Shown: positions 14,930-28,817, counted from the first letter of the stretch. The stretch is DNA of 64,000 nt from the human T2T-CHM13v2.0 reference genome, Homo sapiens (GCF_009914755.1 NC_060935.1), one strand, 5' to 3'. The notes: generated by a model from the letters alone, not told the origin. Made by a program: numbers and translations.

Positions 14930-17455
14930 CTGTGGAAAATTAAGGCATGGATGTTCACCTTTTATTGTTTTACTGACTCAAAGACAAAGCCGAAACACTC
15001 TTTCTGGCCTTCTCAATGAGCAATAGGGTTTTATGGCAGGTAATCTTTTATTTTTTAGAATAGATCTGGTTCTTCAAATGAGATCCTTCATAGAAACTCA
15101 ATGTATAAGACAGGTAAAAATAGAGCTCCTTTGATTAATGTGAAGGTGAGAGAACAGCACCTCTTCTGTCTTTCCTCATAAATTTCCATAGCAGATACCG
15201 GCACCACCTCAGCAGAAACTGGGAGCCAGCATAGAGCATGTTGAAAACCAAAGCGGGTATTACTATCATTGCTGACTCTTTAGCTCCCTCTTACATGGTC
15301 ACCAGATGCTCAGAAGTTTCTGTTCATCATCCAGATTGTTCCATTCCAGCCTCAAATTACTATTTTCTACAAAATTATTGGTTTGCCCCTCACTGATATA
15401 TTCCACTGGGTTCGGTGCAGTGTAGTTATAATATGAATAAAAGAGTGTGCATTGTTCTTTTCCAGATAACTCTTGATTACAGAATTTGTTTTGTAATACC
15501 AGTCCATGAGATATTGGGAATGGTGTAAAACACCCATACTCCATGAGGAGCGTCTGTGCACAGCTACATTTTTCAGCACTTCTAGCAGCATGACATTCAC
15601 GTCCCCATTGCCCTGGCTGTTGTCACTGTTCCCAGGACCACCGTCATGCTTCCCACCAACCCCTTCCACAATTACAAAACAGATAATGGCATTGATAACT
15701 AATGTATCACTTATCACAAACAATTACAAATATTTATTGAGTAACACTTTTGAACTATATCCTTTAATTCAGAATTCTCCCCTTCAATAGCTCAAAGATG
15801 GTTGATATATAGCAGAGAGAAGGCAGGTTAGGAATTTTCACCAACTTGCAGATGTTCTAAGTCATGGCTTTTATCAATTTACCTATGGGAATATGTAACC
15901 CTATGAATATTTTCCTAATTTAGATATTTCTTTGTTTCATCTCCAAATGAGTTCTTGAATCTAAACTACTACTCAAAAACAGAAAAGTGGAAAGTTCTAT
16001 ATCTCTTAGTACTGGACTTTCCTTGTAATATAAGTCTAGAATCAATCCGCTTCAGGCTGAAGAGATTTGTTTTTCTTTCTGGGAGATAAGAATCAAAGAT
16101 AAATAGTTCTACGGTTTTCCCATAGGAGATAAGACCCACTTTGACAATCAGAACGAACAGACTATCGATTAAGGATAGGTACACCTTTGTTACTGATCTA
16201 CCAACAAAGTATAGGAAAGTTTCAGAATAAAATAAAACCACTGAGAACTGTACGTCCACTTTTACCTTGTCGTTTTTTAATGTTCATTGACTGAAGGTGA
16301 ATTTCATCAAGAATATTTTAGATGATCAATTTTCTTTCTCCAAGAATTTACAATTATAGTCCTTATGCCCATTGGCAAGAAACTGTTCCCTAATCTCAAC
16401 TAAAAAAAAAGGAATCTAATTTAAAATCACTGCTATTTATAATATCTGCTCCACACCTTGTTGGATCTCCTTGTTGGCTTCAACAAAGAGGAGACTGTCC
16501 CAAAGAGGTGAAAGGAAAAATTAGCTAATGTACAGTGGAGATCCGGAAGTTAAAGGAAGAATTATGCAAGTGAGTCTAGGTCATAGTATACAAAACAAAC
16601 AATACAATATTGGTGACTCTATTTCATAGGTTGGTGTTGTTTGGCATATGTATTACAGTGCATATTCAGAACACGCAAATAATATCTATCATTAAAATTC
16701 CCAACATGTTTTTTACACTCTTTTCTATTTCTTAGAATAGACACACTCCAGATTCCTGAAGAGGGGTGTGACAACCAAATTTTTTTCAAGGTGGCAATAA
16801 TGGAATGATACACGGAAAAAGTATGTTAGCATTTTTTATCTTCTCCAATCCCTTAGATGTTGGTGTAAACTATTATATTATCCAAATTAGTTCACTCTGA
16901 GGATATAGAGCAAACAGAAGGGCAAAGCAAAACCTACAAAGAAATTCTTCCAAATACATTCATCAAGGGCTTTTTATACAGACAGCTTAGGGACTCTGCC
17001 TATGGCAGGGAGTGAGAGATGTGACATTAAGAAACAAAGATTAATTGCCCAACTTCATATCACAATGTGAGAGTGGAATCTAAAACATCTCCCAAGGTTT
17101 ACGGTTCTAGTCTAGTCACCCTTTCTTTCTTATAATCAGAAACTATGAATAATTCTCTCTGTATCTGCTACTTTTATACTTAGGAAAGGAAAAGATAAAA
17201 ATACAAAAAAAAAAAAGAGTAAAGTCTACATCCCCCTGGAAGCAACTGCTCAATTTCCTATGGAAAAAAAAAATTAAGGTACTTTAATAGCGCACTAAGG
17301 ACATTTGGATAGTGGTCCAAATAAATCCTCCAAACCAATAGACTTGTGATTTGTCAAGGTTTGTTACAAAGACTATGCCCTTAAGCCAAACAAGCATCAT
17401 CTTTGGGGAGATTTTATTTGTGTTATCAATTCATATCTGGACAGGTCTTCTGCTG

Positions 17456-17469
17456 GTTGGCATAGCAAC
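17456..17469. promoter_or_regulatory. RFX X-box-like motif
   Basis: gttggcatagcaac has one mismatch to GTNRCC(N0-3)RGYAAC; lies in unique sequence. Confidence 0.3.
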
Positions 17470-18266
17470 TAACTGAAGTTCATTGAACTTTCAGATGTGT
17501 GTGCTAACAGTCTAAAGCTGATTTCCCCCCATGGGGACCAGAAAAGGCTTTCTTTGTTAAACCTCTCCAGTTGCATTCAAAAATACATCATTTTTCTCAA
17601 GCCTACAAACACACACATTTGAAATTTGGAAAATAATATTAGGAAAATTGTTTCTATCATGTAATATCATAATGGTTTTCCTCTATTTTCTGAAAGAAAG
17701 GCTAAAGTTTATCATATTTTCTGTCCATTTCTAGGTCTTTCAATAGTAATCTTAGGGAAATTCTTTCCAAGAATTTATTTTTTTTTTAAGATTTTGTTGA
17801 GGACATCCGGGTAGAGATTTTGCAGACTGTTGATATTTAGCATGGCCTTGTTAAAATTTTAGACATGGAAATGTTAGGCCTTCACTTAGGTGAAGATCAC
17901 AGGTAACTTGCTTTCATGCTATGTTGGTTAAGCAAAGATTTAACGAATGTTCATTTAGAGAGGAAGTAGTGTCAAAACCTGTGCTGAGCACTGTGGGAGA
18001 TGAAGAGGAACAAGAGATAGCATTGGTTTTTAAATTATTTATAATACGACTTCAAAAAAGGAACTAAAGGATAAGGAATATTAGTGAAGAAGATGTCTCT
18101 ACTTTTGGGAATAGTAGAAAAAACGACTAAAAAGGAAAAGTTTGTAGTTATACCTTTGCCTTGATTAGTTACCAATTTTGGAAGTCATATTACTATGATA
18201 ATTTAAAAAGCTTAAATGCAGAATAAATGTTTTCCCCAGAAGGATATAATACTTATGTGTACTTTA

Positions 18267-18580
<314 letters not shown>

Positions 18581-18949
18581 TAATCTAATATTTAAAGATA
18601 TGAGAAATAAAAGTCACTTTTTGAAAATCTGCCCTCCCTTTATAAAGTAGGAATGCTATTCCAAATATTTGTTAAAGAAGTATCCTTGCTTTTTGCTTCC
18701 TAATTAAAGTCTGTAAGCAATACCCGAGTTTTCAAATTTCAGAAAGATTTTGTCTCCTTTATTTTTCTGAAAGTATAGAAAAGATGTATCAAGCATGATT
18801 TTGTACTTATTTCTTCTTACTGGATCTGTTTAAGGCTCCATGCTCTGATTAAATAATTACCATCCCAGTACTCATGAAAACTATTTTCTTGTATGTTGAA
18901 CCTGAGCCAATTCACTGCCAATGAGGCTATTATACTTCAATGACTTTAT

Positions 18950-19400
18950 TGATTAACAGTGATTAGGTCAAGGTTGCTGACAATGGGTAACCAACCACTG
19001 CTATTTATAGGCAACTACTCAGCAGCCCTGAACCAAGAGTTAGTCGCATGTGGTTTTGTGGGCAGCTGGACTCTGGCCTCCTCTGTCTGGGGGTCTTTTA
19101 TAATGAAACTGTTGTATCATATGGATTTTTCATTCATAGACCTCCTTTTTGAACTGAAGAGGCTGGCTTTGTTTAAGATTAAAAAGGGGGAAGTGAGAAA
19201 TATTTAGAGCTGAGTTACAGGAGGCTGCGGGTACATGGGGAGAGAATCGAGTGGCCAATTCTCAACAAAACCCCACTCATTCTGAAGGCTGTGTGTGCTG
19301 AGGTTGAACATTAACTTATACTGCCATCATGTGGATAAAAGGAGAAAGTTTTATTCTAGTGACAGCTGCAACAGCTGCAGATAACTTAATGATAAATGGC
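18950..19400. promoter_or_regulatory. Candidate enhancer (MEF2 + E-boxes + GATA)
   Basis: Perfect MEF2 site ctatttatag 19001-19010; cagctg at 19063, 19363, 19372; agataa 19379; tgataa 19390. Confidence 0.35.
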
Positions 19401-19794
19401 TGGCCAAAGGCTGAGGCTTCAGACAGTGCATGTTTAATTAAAAATATCTGGAAGCCCATGCAACTGTTTCAAATAAAAAGTTTTGGTTCATTTTCCATAG
19501 TGTCAAAAAAGCAATGCTCTGAGACTTCCAACAGTCTCTAAGGACCCGAGGCCAAGCCTCCCTTGTACAACGGAAAGTCTGAGGTTCCTTGGTACAGTCT
19601 CATCAGCCAAGTAAACACAAACAAAACCTTCTAAAGGTTAGACTAGAGAAAAAATAAAAAAGAGCCATAAATATCAATAACAAATGAGCATAACCAAAAG
19701 AAGCAATAGAAGATAGATTTGAAGCCAGTGACTAAATTTGTGTCTACACCCTGATAATCATTTACTGAGTCTTCTTGAATGAATAATTCTTTTA

Positions 19795-20252
19795 TTCATG
19801 CCAAAGAGAAAATGCACTGGATAGCTAAACATGCAAGGAAGACATTATTCAAGACTATTGCATTAGAGGTCAAGAGCTCGAGGAAAAGCACTGTGGATTT
19901 TAGGGGAAGGTTGTTCAATGTGATGTAACCATCTAGGTTTGCTCATTGCTGCTTATGGAAGTTAGATTCATACTCTCCCACAGAGACTGGCAGATACAGG
20001 CACTGTCTTTTTTGATGATTATATTTGAAAAAAAAAGTGGCTCTCAGATCCTTGAGAAAGAGGTGACCGGGTTGTAAAACTGGCAAAAGAGTCTGAGAAG
20101 ATTTCCATGTAAAGGGGAGAGATACATTATTCACAAGCACAAGTTCTTTAAAGCAAATGATCTAAGAAGAAGGAGGTCAGGGGCCTAAAGTCAGGAAAAA
20201 ACCTGTCTAAAGTTTGACAAAGGTAAGGGGAAGATTAAGACCATATTCGTGA
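19795..20252 (-). mobile_element. MER67-family ERV1 solo LTR
   Basis: Reverse complement reads cttaatcttcccctt...aaactttagacagg...ggcccctgacctcc...gccagttttacaaccc. Confidence 0.7.
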
Positions 20253-20489
20253 GTCCCAGTCTCCTAATCTGTAAAATGGCCAGAGTAATCCCAGCTATCC
20301 TTATCGACAAGAGTGAACATGAGCACTGAAAAAAAAATAGAGAAATATTTGAATATGATATAAACCCAAAATGCAGTAGATGGTAAAGTACGGCTACTAC
20401 TTTTGTCTATCCTGTTTTTAAAGTATGCACAAATTCAACTTTAAAGGACTAACTTGAAAAAGAAAAAAAATGTTTTTCCAAAGCAGAAC

Positions 20490-20690
20490 AAGTCTAATAG
20501 AAAAATCTCAGATTCAGGCTTTGCTCTATAACTTACTAACCATGGAGCCTTAATAAAGTCATTTAATCTTTTTGAAACTTAAATTGATTACATAATGCTT
20601 ACCTCTTATTGTTGTTGTAAAATTGAAATGAGAGAACGTGCAAAGATGCCAGCACAATGTTGGCACTTAGTGAATACTAGTAGATGCCGA
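20490..20690 (+). mobile_element. MIR SINE
   Basis: aagtcatttaatct...gttgttgtaaaattgaaatgagagaacgtgcaaagatgccagcacaatgttggcac. Confidence 0.6.
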
Positions 20691-20750
20691 AGTTGCATGT
20701 ACTCTAGCTCTGTGTTGTGGGATTATTCTTGATTTGGTTGGTGTCACTGT

Positions 20751-21182
20751 CAACTATTTTCACCAAAATGTGGTGTAGCAAACAACCTTCAACCTCAGTG
20801 TCTTACAAAATTGAGCATTTATTTCTTGAAAGAAGGTATGGAAATATATTGTAGGTCTCACGGTTCTTCTGCACAGGACTGGGAATTATGAGATCCAAGC
20901 TGGGTTTGGCTGTGCTTGAATCCAGGCTCTGGGTTCATTTCAAGTCTAATCCATTTGCCTCTCCTTATTCTGGGGTGGTATGTCCTTCTCATGGTGATGA
21001 CACCTGTGCAAAAAGACAATGCTTATGACATATTTGCTAAAATTCAACTAGCTAAACAAGTCACATGGGCAAGCCCAAAGGCAAGAGGTGGAAAATGCAC
21101 TGCATAGAAAGAGCAAGAGGGTTAATCTATACTATTACCTCAGAGAAGCAAAGGATTAAGACCAATCATTCCATCTACAACC
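20751..21182 (-). mobile_element. MLT1-type (MLT1H/I/J-like) MaLR LTR
   Basis: caaacaaccttcaacctcagtgtcttac...caagtcacatgggcaagcccaaag...ttccatctac. Confidence 0.6.
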
Positions 21183-22039
21183 CTATCTCATCTATCATCT
21201 GCATATATTGTAGCTTCTCCCTCTCATACCTTGTTTTCTCAAATCTTGAAATCTTCAATGGCAATACATTGTGACAATAGAGAGAGTGTTTGAAAGTAAA
21301 GCAAAATCCTAGGAGAAAGGTGGGCAGGCTTTTAGCACGTTCCCTGCAATAATTCTGGAGGGAAAAAAATTAGAGGAAAGCATGACCTAAAGAAAATCTT
21401 GCATCTTTTGCAAAAGATTTTATTATGCAGATGTCTTATATTTTTCAATTTTCTTTAAAGATTTCCCCTTATTGAAAAATATTCCTATGACAAATTAAAT
21501 GAAATGGAGATGCTAGGTTGAGGCAAAGAATTTGAAAGAGTTTGAAAAGTACAGGGGAAATAAATAACTATCAGAAGGTGAGCAAGAGATGGATAAGAAT
21601 GAATACTTGTCCCCTGCTTTTTTATCTCCCCACCTCCTACTCACACCCCAACTAACAAACCTGCGTCATTTGAGCTGAAAGAAGAATTCATCTCTGAATA
21701 TAGATCTGAGTTAAAATCATTTTGCAATGGTCCTACTGTGGTTTTTGAGAACAATGCCATCTCTTAAAATAACTGTTTTCAATCGTGACCTTCAGTGTGT
21801 CTGAAAGTTTGTGATGATGAATAGTGAACGCTGAATGGCATGCTACGGAATGCAGCCCCTTAATTGCTCACAGAGAAGTCACATAGGATTTTCAATCCTT
21901 CTGTTTATGCCAACGCTTGGAAAAGATCACTGAGTTCGGATCTGTGTTGAGCTACCAGACTGAATCAGAGATAAAATTTTCCATTTGAGCCAGCTACTCA
22001 GCCTTTGGTGAAATAATTTGGAGAGGTTGCGGGGCAGGG

Positions 22040-22292
22040 AGCACAGTGTGTAACTATGTTGTGCACAGACTCTGGCGTCAGACATATGTGGGTTTGAATT
22101 GTGGTTTTACCATTTCATGGCTGTGTGGCCTTGAGCAAGTTCATTAATTCTTTTGTTTTTCTCTCACAGTATCTGCAAAATAGGCATCATCATTCCTCAC
22201 AGGGTTGTTATGAGGATTTAACATGCTAATATATGTAAAATATTGCATACAATAAGCATGCAAGAGAAGACAGCTGTTGTTGTAACTATTAT
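22040..22292 (+). mobile_element. MIR SINE, near full length
   Basis: cagactctggcgtcagac...ggctgtgtggccttgagcaagt...cctcacagggttgttatgaggattta. Confidence 0.8.
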
Positions 22293-22632
22293 AATGTATT
22301 ATGAATTTGTTTTCAGCAAAGAGTAAGGAAGCAACCCAGCCCTGTGGCAAACCTGAGGCATGGACAGGGCAAGGGTGGAGGCTGTGGGATGGGCAAGGAA
22401 AGGGTCTGATAAGAGAGGTAGGTGGGTGCTCAGGGAATATAGCTAAAGGAAATGCAGACCAAAACCCATGAAAGGGTGATAGAAAGACCTCTTCTCTTTA
22501 AGCTGCCTCTTCTTCAAGGCTAAGCATTTAAAGTTCCTTCCTGGAAAATCATATTCATGTTAATGACCCTGAATTTAGTGACTGCAGCAGTGCACCGTGT
22601 ATTTTTCAGCCTCTGGAATAATAGAGGAAGGA

Positions 22633-22927
22633 TGTGATAATTAATTTTATGTGTCAACTTGACTGAGCCACAGAGAACCCAGATATTGGTTAAGCATTAT
22701 TCTAGGTGTTTCTGTGAAAGTGTTTTGGATGAGATACAGATGTGTATATATATGTACATATACATTATGTATATATGTGTGAAGCACATATGTATGTAGT
22801 ATATATATATATACATATGTATGTATATGTGTGTATATATATATAGAGAGAGAGAGAGAAAGAGAGAGACGGAATATACATATACATTCTATTGGTTCTA
22901 TTTCTCTGGAGAAACCAGGCTAATACA
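22633..22927 (+). mobile_element. MLT2 (ERVL) solo LTR, internally deleted, containing (TA)n/(GA)n
   Basis: tgtgataattaattttatgtgtcaacttgactg...ctctggagaaaccaggctaataca; 5-bp TSD aagga on both sides. Confidence 0.85.
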
Positions 22928-23301
22928 AAGGATGTTGTACTTCTTGACTTCTGCTTCTAGAGACTACTTCTGAAACAGTGCTGAAAGCCATCTGGGCTTA
23001 AGGTATGAGGCAAATTACGCTGGGAATTCTCCTCCAACTTCTGTGTTCCAAGGAAAGCAAATAATGATCACCCTCCCAGGTAGTACTAAAGGAGAAAGGA
23101 AGAGGGAGCTATCTGTCAGGGATTCCACCTAGGAAAACCTTTGGATGGCATTGCTGGAACTAGAAAAATAAGACACTTTCTCTACAAGTGGATTGAGCAT
23201 GGCAGTGGGGAGTCACAGAGGCAGTATGGTGAAGATTCTATAAAGCAACAGAGAGACTTCTGAGAACAAATCATGAGTCCAAACTGAGTTAGAAGTGGTA
23301 G

Positions 23302-23724
23302 TGTATTAGTCCATTCTCGCATTGCTATAAAGAAATACCTGAGACTTGTAATATAATGAAAAGAGGTATAGTTGGCTAATGGTTCTGCAGGCTATGCAGG
23401 AAGCATGATGCTGGCATCTGCTTGGCTTCTGAGGAGGCCTCAGGAAACTTACAATCATGGTGGGAGGTGAAGGGGGAGCAAATACATCACATGGCCAGAG
23501 CAGGAGCAAGACAGAGACAGGAGAGGAGCCACACACTTTTAAACAACCAGATCTTGCAAGAACTCACTCACTACCATGACAACAGCACCAAGGGAATGGG
23601 GCTAAACCATTCCTGAGAAATCCACCTCCATGATCCAATCACCTCCCACCAGGCCCCTCCTCCAACATTAGAGATTACAATTTAACATGAGATTTGGGCA
23701 AGGACACAGATCAAAAACATATCA
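23302..23724 (-). mobile_element. MSTA-like MaLR solo LTR
   Basis: tgtattagtccattctcgcattgctataaagaaatacctgagac...aaacatatca; TSD ggtag/gctag. Confidence 0.88.
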
Positions 23725-24289
23725 GCTAGTGAGGCAAAGAATCTTCACCTTGGAAAGAAATGGAATTGGCAACACCAGGCTTCAGCCTTGTCAGAACATG
23801 TTTGGAACTAAGAAATAAAATTAGGCCTCAATTCATACATAAGGTACAAAATGGTATGTTGTTCCCTGAAACCAGGGAGAAGCCTGGTCACTAGGGCTAG
23901 AATACAAGGCAAGGGATGACTAGAAGCCAATCTGATCTGATGAGAGGCACCTGAACTGCTAATGTGAGTTCTACCAAAGCTGTTTTTCTAGATGAATGAC
24001 AGCTATGATCCAGGCTTCTGTGCTGCCTTTAAGACAAGGGACCTTGAAGAGACTTTTGTAATGATCAGACTATTGGTAACTGGGCTTTGGAACAATGAGT
24101 CTTTCCAAAACTCTTTCTTCCACATTTGTGGAAAGGAGGAGGTCCATGTCTGTCTCCATCCTTGTCCAGGTCTTCATAGTCATGAAGCCTCCCTTGGTGA
24201 AATCCCACAAGACAGGACTCCAACAAACATTCCTTCAACATTTCAGACTGAATCCTAGGATTTGCTCAACTCTTTCTAATCATAGTATA

Positions 24290-24657
24290 TGTGTTAGTCT
24301 GTTCTCATGCTGCTAATAAAGTTGTATCTGAGACTGGGTAATTTATAAAGGAAAGAGGTTTAATGGACTCGTAGTTCCACATGGCTGGAGAGGTCTCACA
24401 ATCATAGCAGAAGGTGAAGGAGGGGCAAAGGCACATCTTTCTTACATGGTGGGGGGAAAGAGGACATGTGCAGGGGACCTGCCTTTCATAAAAGCATCAG
24501 ATCTCATGAGACTTATTCACTATCATGAGAACAGCACAGGAAAAGTCTGTCCCCATGATTCAATTATCTCCTACCAGGTCACCCCCATGATACTTGGGAA
24601 TTATGGGAACTACAATTCAAGATGAGATTTGGGTGGGGACACAGCCAAACCATATCA
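24290..24657 (-). mobile_element. THE1B-like MaLR solo LTR
   Basis: ttagtctgttctcatgctgctaataaag...gggtggggacacagccaaaccatatca; TSD gtata/gtatt. Confidence 0.9.
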
Positions 24658-26049
24658 GTATTATCTCACACTGTTTTTCAATCCCTGAGTGGTGGCCTTG
24701 TTACTGACTTTCTCATCTTTAACTTTACTACATCTTATACTTTGGACTTAATGCCCAATACTACTTTTTTAGAACCATCCTTGGATACTTCCCTTGGATT
24801 TGTTAAAAACTAATAAGTGCATAGCAGTCTAATTATTAAAATAGTATTGGAAATTAACTTTTTCTATCTCTGACAGAAATCTGGAAGATAGATTTATTGA
24901 TCAGGCACATGCGCAGGGACTTAACCTTATTCTACCAATGGTTTAGAATGTGGCTGAAAAACACCAAACTGGACAGCAGCCCTGTAACACATAAATCTAT
25001 ATCAAAGGAAGAATAAGATGATAAGTTTCCTTGAAACAAAATGTATAATTTCACATTTTTTAAGAATTAGCATGGGGTGCAAAGTAGCATGGCAGCCAAT
25101 CTTTGGAAAATCAAAACAAGAAGTCAGACCTTACCAAAGTGAAATGGTTGCCACACTAGACTGTCTCTCCTACCCCATAGATATGAGTAATCACTCTGTA
25201 TGTTGCAGAGCATTTAAATTTGAGAGAGGAGATATGATAAGTTATTGACTTTGGGGAGGTTTAAAATTCCTCATAAATATTTGTCTTGAAATTATGCTTG
25301 GTGGGAAACCTTTCAGATTACAAGCTTATAGAGGCAAAAAAATACCTTAAAAGTCAGCAAGCCAAATAGTTTCTGTCCTCATTGCTACTACCCCAGCTTT
25401 AATGTAGAGATGTGTTATAAGGATTTTTCAGGCTGCCCCTGCTACACACTTTTCAGAGTAACACCAGTGCCCAGGTGGTCCTGAATTGAAGCAGTCTCTG
25501 CTCTACCCCTCTACTATTTGTCCATCTCTTACTGAATTTGTTCTAATGACTCATTAGAAAACAAGACATCAATTCTTTACCATTACTGAACTTCAGGAGA
25601 TTGGAAGTTACCAAAGCAATTTGTATACTCTTTCTAGTTCTTGCCCTTCATCCATCTCTCAACCTCATTGTTCAACCAGTTAAGATAAAACAAATAAAGG
25701 AAACAAATAGGTTGTGAATGAATTCTATGACTTGATGCAAGAGATCCTGTTTCCCAGGCTGTCCTTTATCTGGCAATAGCTAGGAAGCCTACTTGAATGT
25801 GGCAGGACTGGTCAGTTTCCTAGGGTCGTCTTTGAACTACTACTTCAAAAGATAAGGGCATCATGAACATGGAAGTATGGTCTGACTTCACGGTGCCATA
25901 TAGTATCAAGCATCCTTTCCTCCCCTCCAACCCAGGTACCATAAAGCCTATTGAATACCCATTTTCTTTGATATACTCACCTTGTTCTGAGACCAACTGG
26001 GCTCTATGCGAACTTATACAAATGCTGAAAGCAAAACAGCTAAAATGAG

Positions 26050-26315
26050 TGTTTTAATGAGTTTGAGCTGCTATAAAAGAACACCATAGGCTAGGTGGCT
26101 TATAAACAAGAGAAATTTATTTTTTTAACTTCTGAAGCCTGGGAGGTCCAAGATCAAGAGGCTGGCAGATTTGCTGTCTGGTGAGGATTCATTTCCTGGT
26201 TCATAGACAGCTGTCTTCTTGCTATCAGCTCACATGGCAGAAGGAGAAATGGAACGTTCTGAGGTCTTTTTAGAGCACTAATCCCATACATGAGGGCTCT
26301 ATCCTCATGACCTAT
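26050..26315 (-). mobile_element. MLT1A/MLT1A0-like LTR, partial
   Basis: ctaggtggcttataaacaagagaaatttatt...gtccaagatcaag...gggctctatcctcatgacct. Confidence 0.75.
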
Positions 26316-26517
26316 GATGCAACAATGAATTAAAAGAGAAAAATCTCAATTCACTGTGGATTTGCTGTTCTCACACCCCAAACTCACTTTAATTAATTTA
26401 TTCTGCCTAAATGAACTCAGTAGATCAACCATGAGGTGTCATTACACATCACAGCATTCAAGAGACAATATACTTCAAGAGACGATATACTCTTGACAAT
26501 ATATCGTCAAGAGACAA

Positions 26518-26644
26518 TAAAATGAATATATATATATATATATATATTTATGGAGAAATCTTACATATAAGATACTGAGCAAAAGATTTTAATTATCGTC
26601 TATACTGACACAATCCAGAAATAACTATTATTTTTTCCCATTCT
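26518..26644 (+). repeat. ~126-bp dispersed direct duplicate of 29389-29514
   Basis: Direct comparison shows 5 substitutions plus a small difference at the (TA)n/T run. Confidence 0.92.
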
Positions 26645-26929
26645 GAGCAAAATATTGCATACTATACTACGTCCCAAGTGAGCCACAAAAAGGCAGGCAA
26701 ATTCAGTAGATTCAGTTTTACTAACTTTCAAACACATACAATGGATTATCTCTGAATTCAAGATTGTTCACAATTCCCCAAGAGGTCAGAAGCACGAGGA
26801 CTGAGAATGATGTCTACATATTGCTTAGAAGCACTAAGAACTAGGAAGTGACTGAATAATTGAAAATTAGATGACTTTTCTGAAACTGGAATGTAAACTC
26901 CAGGTTTGACTTAATACGGAGGCATTCAG

Positions 26930-27062
26930 AAGTAGTTAGCATTATTCTCATTTTGTAGATGAAATCACTGAAGATCAAAAAGTATAGTGGCTTTCCTTAA
27001 CTTACATATTTAGTAAGTGGCAGAATTGAGGTTTAAAATCTGGTCCTACGACTCCAGACCAC
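26930..27062 (-). mobile_element. MIR SINE
   Basis: attattctcattttgtagatgaaatcactgaag...tagtaagtggcagaattgagg. Confidence 0.65.
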
Positions 27063-28019
27063 AGAAAAGGGACAGAATATACAGCGGTTTAAGCAGTTCT
27101 AGACTAATAGGCTGGAGTGGGGGGCAGGGAGAAGAAATGAGAAGATGCAAGAAAATGGAGAAAATAAATTCAAATTTATGTCTATCTCTAAACCATATAA
27201 ACCCCAAAGAGCCTCTTCATCCTCCTTGTGTCGTCCACATTGTTTTCTTGAACCTTCCTTCCAGGTTTGGCTGTAAAACATGTTGTAGGCTAAAAAAAGT
27301 CTTAAGATAGAGTAACTAAATAACAGATATTCGGGGTGATTTCTGAACTTTTTAAATAAGAATCTCCTTATTTAAATCAGACACATTCTCTAGAAACTAT
27401 CTCCATTATTTGAGCAATGTGAGGAGGATATTAGTGTTGGCAGGGTTAGTTCGATGGTAAACTGAATAGGCAGGCACTCAACTTCAAAATGATTTAAAGG
27501 GATACATGGCTTCAAAATGTTTGTGACTGGAGTGTACCAGGATTTACAATCAGAAAGACAAGGTTTGAAATGTAGACCTGACCAGATGAGTAAAATTGAA
27601 CAATTCACTTAACCTCTTTGGACATAGAAATAAATGTCTAAGATAGATGCTTACCCAAAGGCACACCGTAAGATCATGGAAGAACTGGGCTTGGAGCCCA
27701 GATCCACTGATACCTAGCCAATCATGTTAACTATGAAATAACCCACAGTAGACACCAAGTACTTGATTGCTGCTTTCTAATTTGCCTACCTGCAGCCTGG
27801 ACCCTGGACTCTTTGCCAGGCTGGATAATCACAGAACTATTATTTGTCAAGTGGTAAACCCCGAGGGCCCTGAAACAACTCTTTGCAGTTCCTAGCCCCC
27901 ACCACCATTCCCTCACCAGGCTGCAGCCTAGATAGAAAATGAATGCAACCTACAACGAAAAGGAGGGGCTTTTTAAAAATTACTCCCCCAAGTGTCAAAC
28001 TTTATGGTGTTTGGATGTT

Positions 28020-28190
28020 ATCTCATATCTTAATGCCCATTGTTTTATGTCATCTTACAAATGAGTCGCGATCATTATTATTCTCAATTTAAAATTGGGG
28101 AAACTGAGGCATAGAGAGGTGACGTGACTTTTCCAATATTGCACTGCTAAAGAGTGGCTAAAACAGGGTTTAAGGTCCATGCTTTTTCTC
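28020..28190 (-). mobile_element. MIR SINE
   Basis: ggggaaactgaggcatagagaggtgacgtgactttccaa. Confidence 0.65.
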
Positions 28191-28817
28191 TGTCTCAAGC
28201 TTTCCTCCATGAAATATTGAGAGATGGTTTTATTTGATGAGAGAGGTGTTTACTGACCTACATGATATATAGCCACTCTGAGCAAGCCCTTAGCTCTCAG
28301 AAAAAGGATGAGGGGAGAACCCCATTTTCAGAGTGGTCTACACTGTTCTCATCTTTCTCTCTGTCCTCTACCATGATGGGGAGGTCACTGCAGCTTCCTT
28401 CTCTTTCACTTTGGAAACCCAATAAAAGAGGAACAACCACGAGACTAGCAGCTCTGCTCCTTGGAATCACATGCACCACACGGCGGGAGGAGACCCCCTG
28501 GATTCCCCCATCACAGTCTGAGTCCCATTTATTTCTTACCCAGGCATCTCTACAAAGACCGAGCTGAAGGAATGCTGGTGTGGCTTTCCATTCCTTGCCC
28601 TTTATAACAGAATGTAATTGGTTCTAGTTCAGCTACCTCACAAGTGAAAATCTTCTACAAAATTGCATTAGGAAGAAAAAGCAAGCCAATCTGGCAGAGG
28701 GCAAGGGCAGCAGAAATCCTGTGTAGGTGTGTGACAAACGGGTTTATATGATTTCCTGAAAAATAAATACATACATAAATAAGCAAACAAACACCACCAG
28801 GCTGCCTCTGTGCATAC

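Noticed and set aside
15299-15790. Overlapping 81-118-aa ORFs
   Set aside because: No recognisable domain or convincing splice context; lengths are within chance expectation.
21811-21933. Possible C/D-box snoRNA (gtgatga...ctga)
   Set aside because: No convincing terminal stem or recognisable rRNA/snRNA guide; these short boxes occur often by chance.
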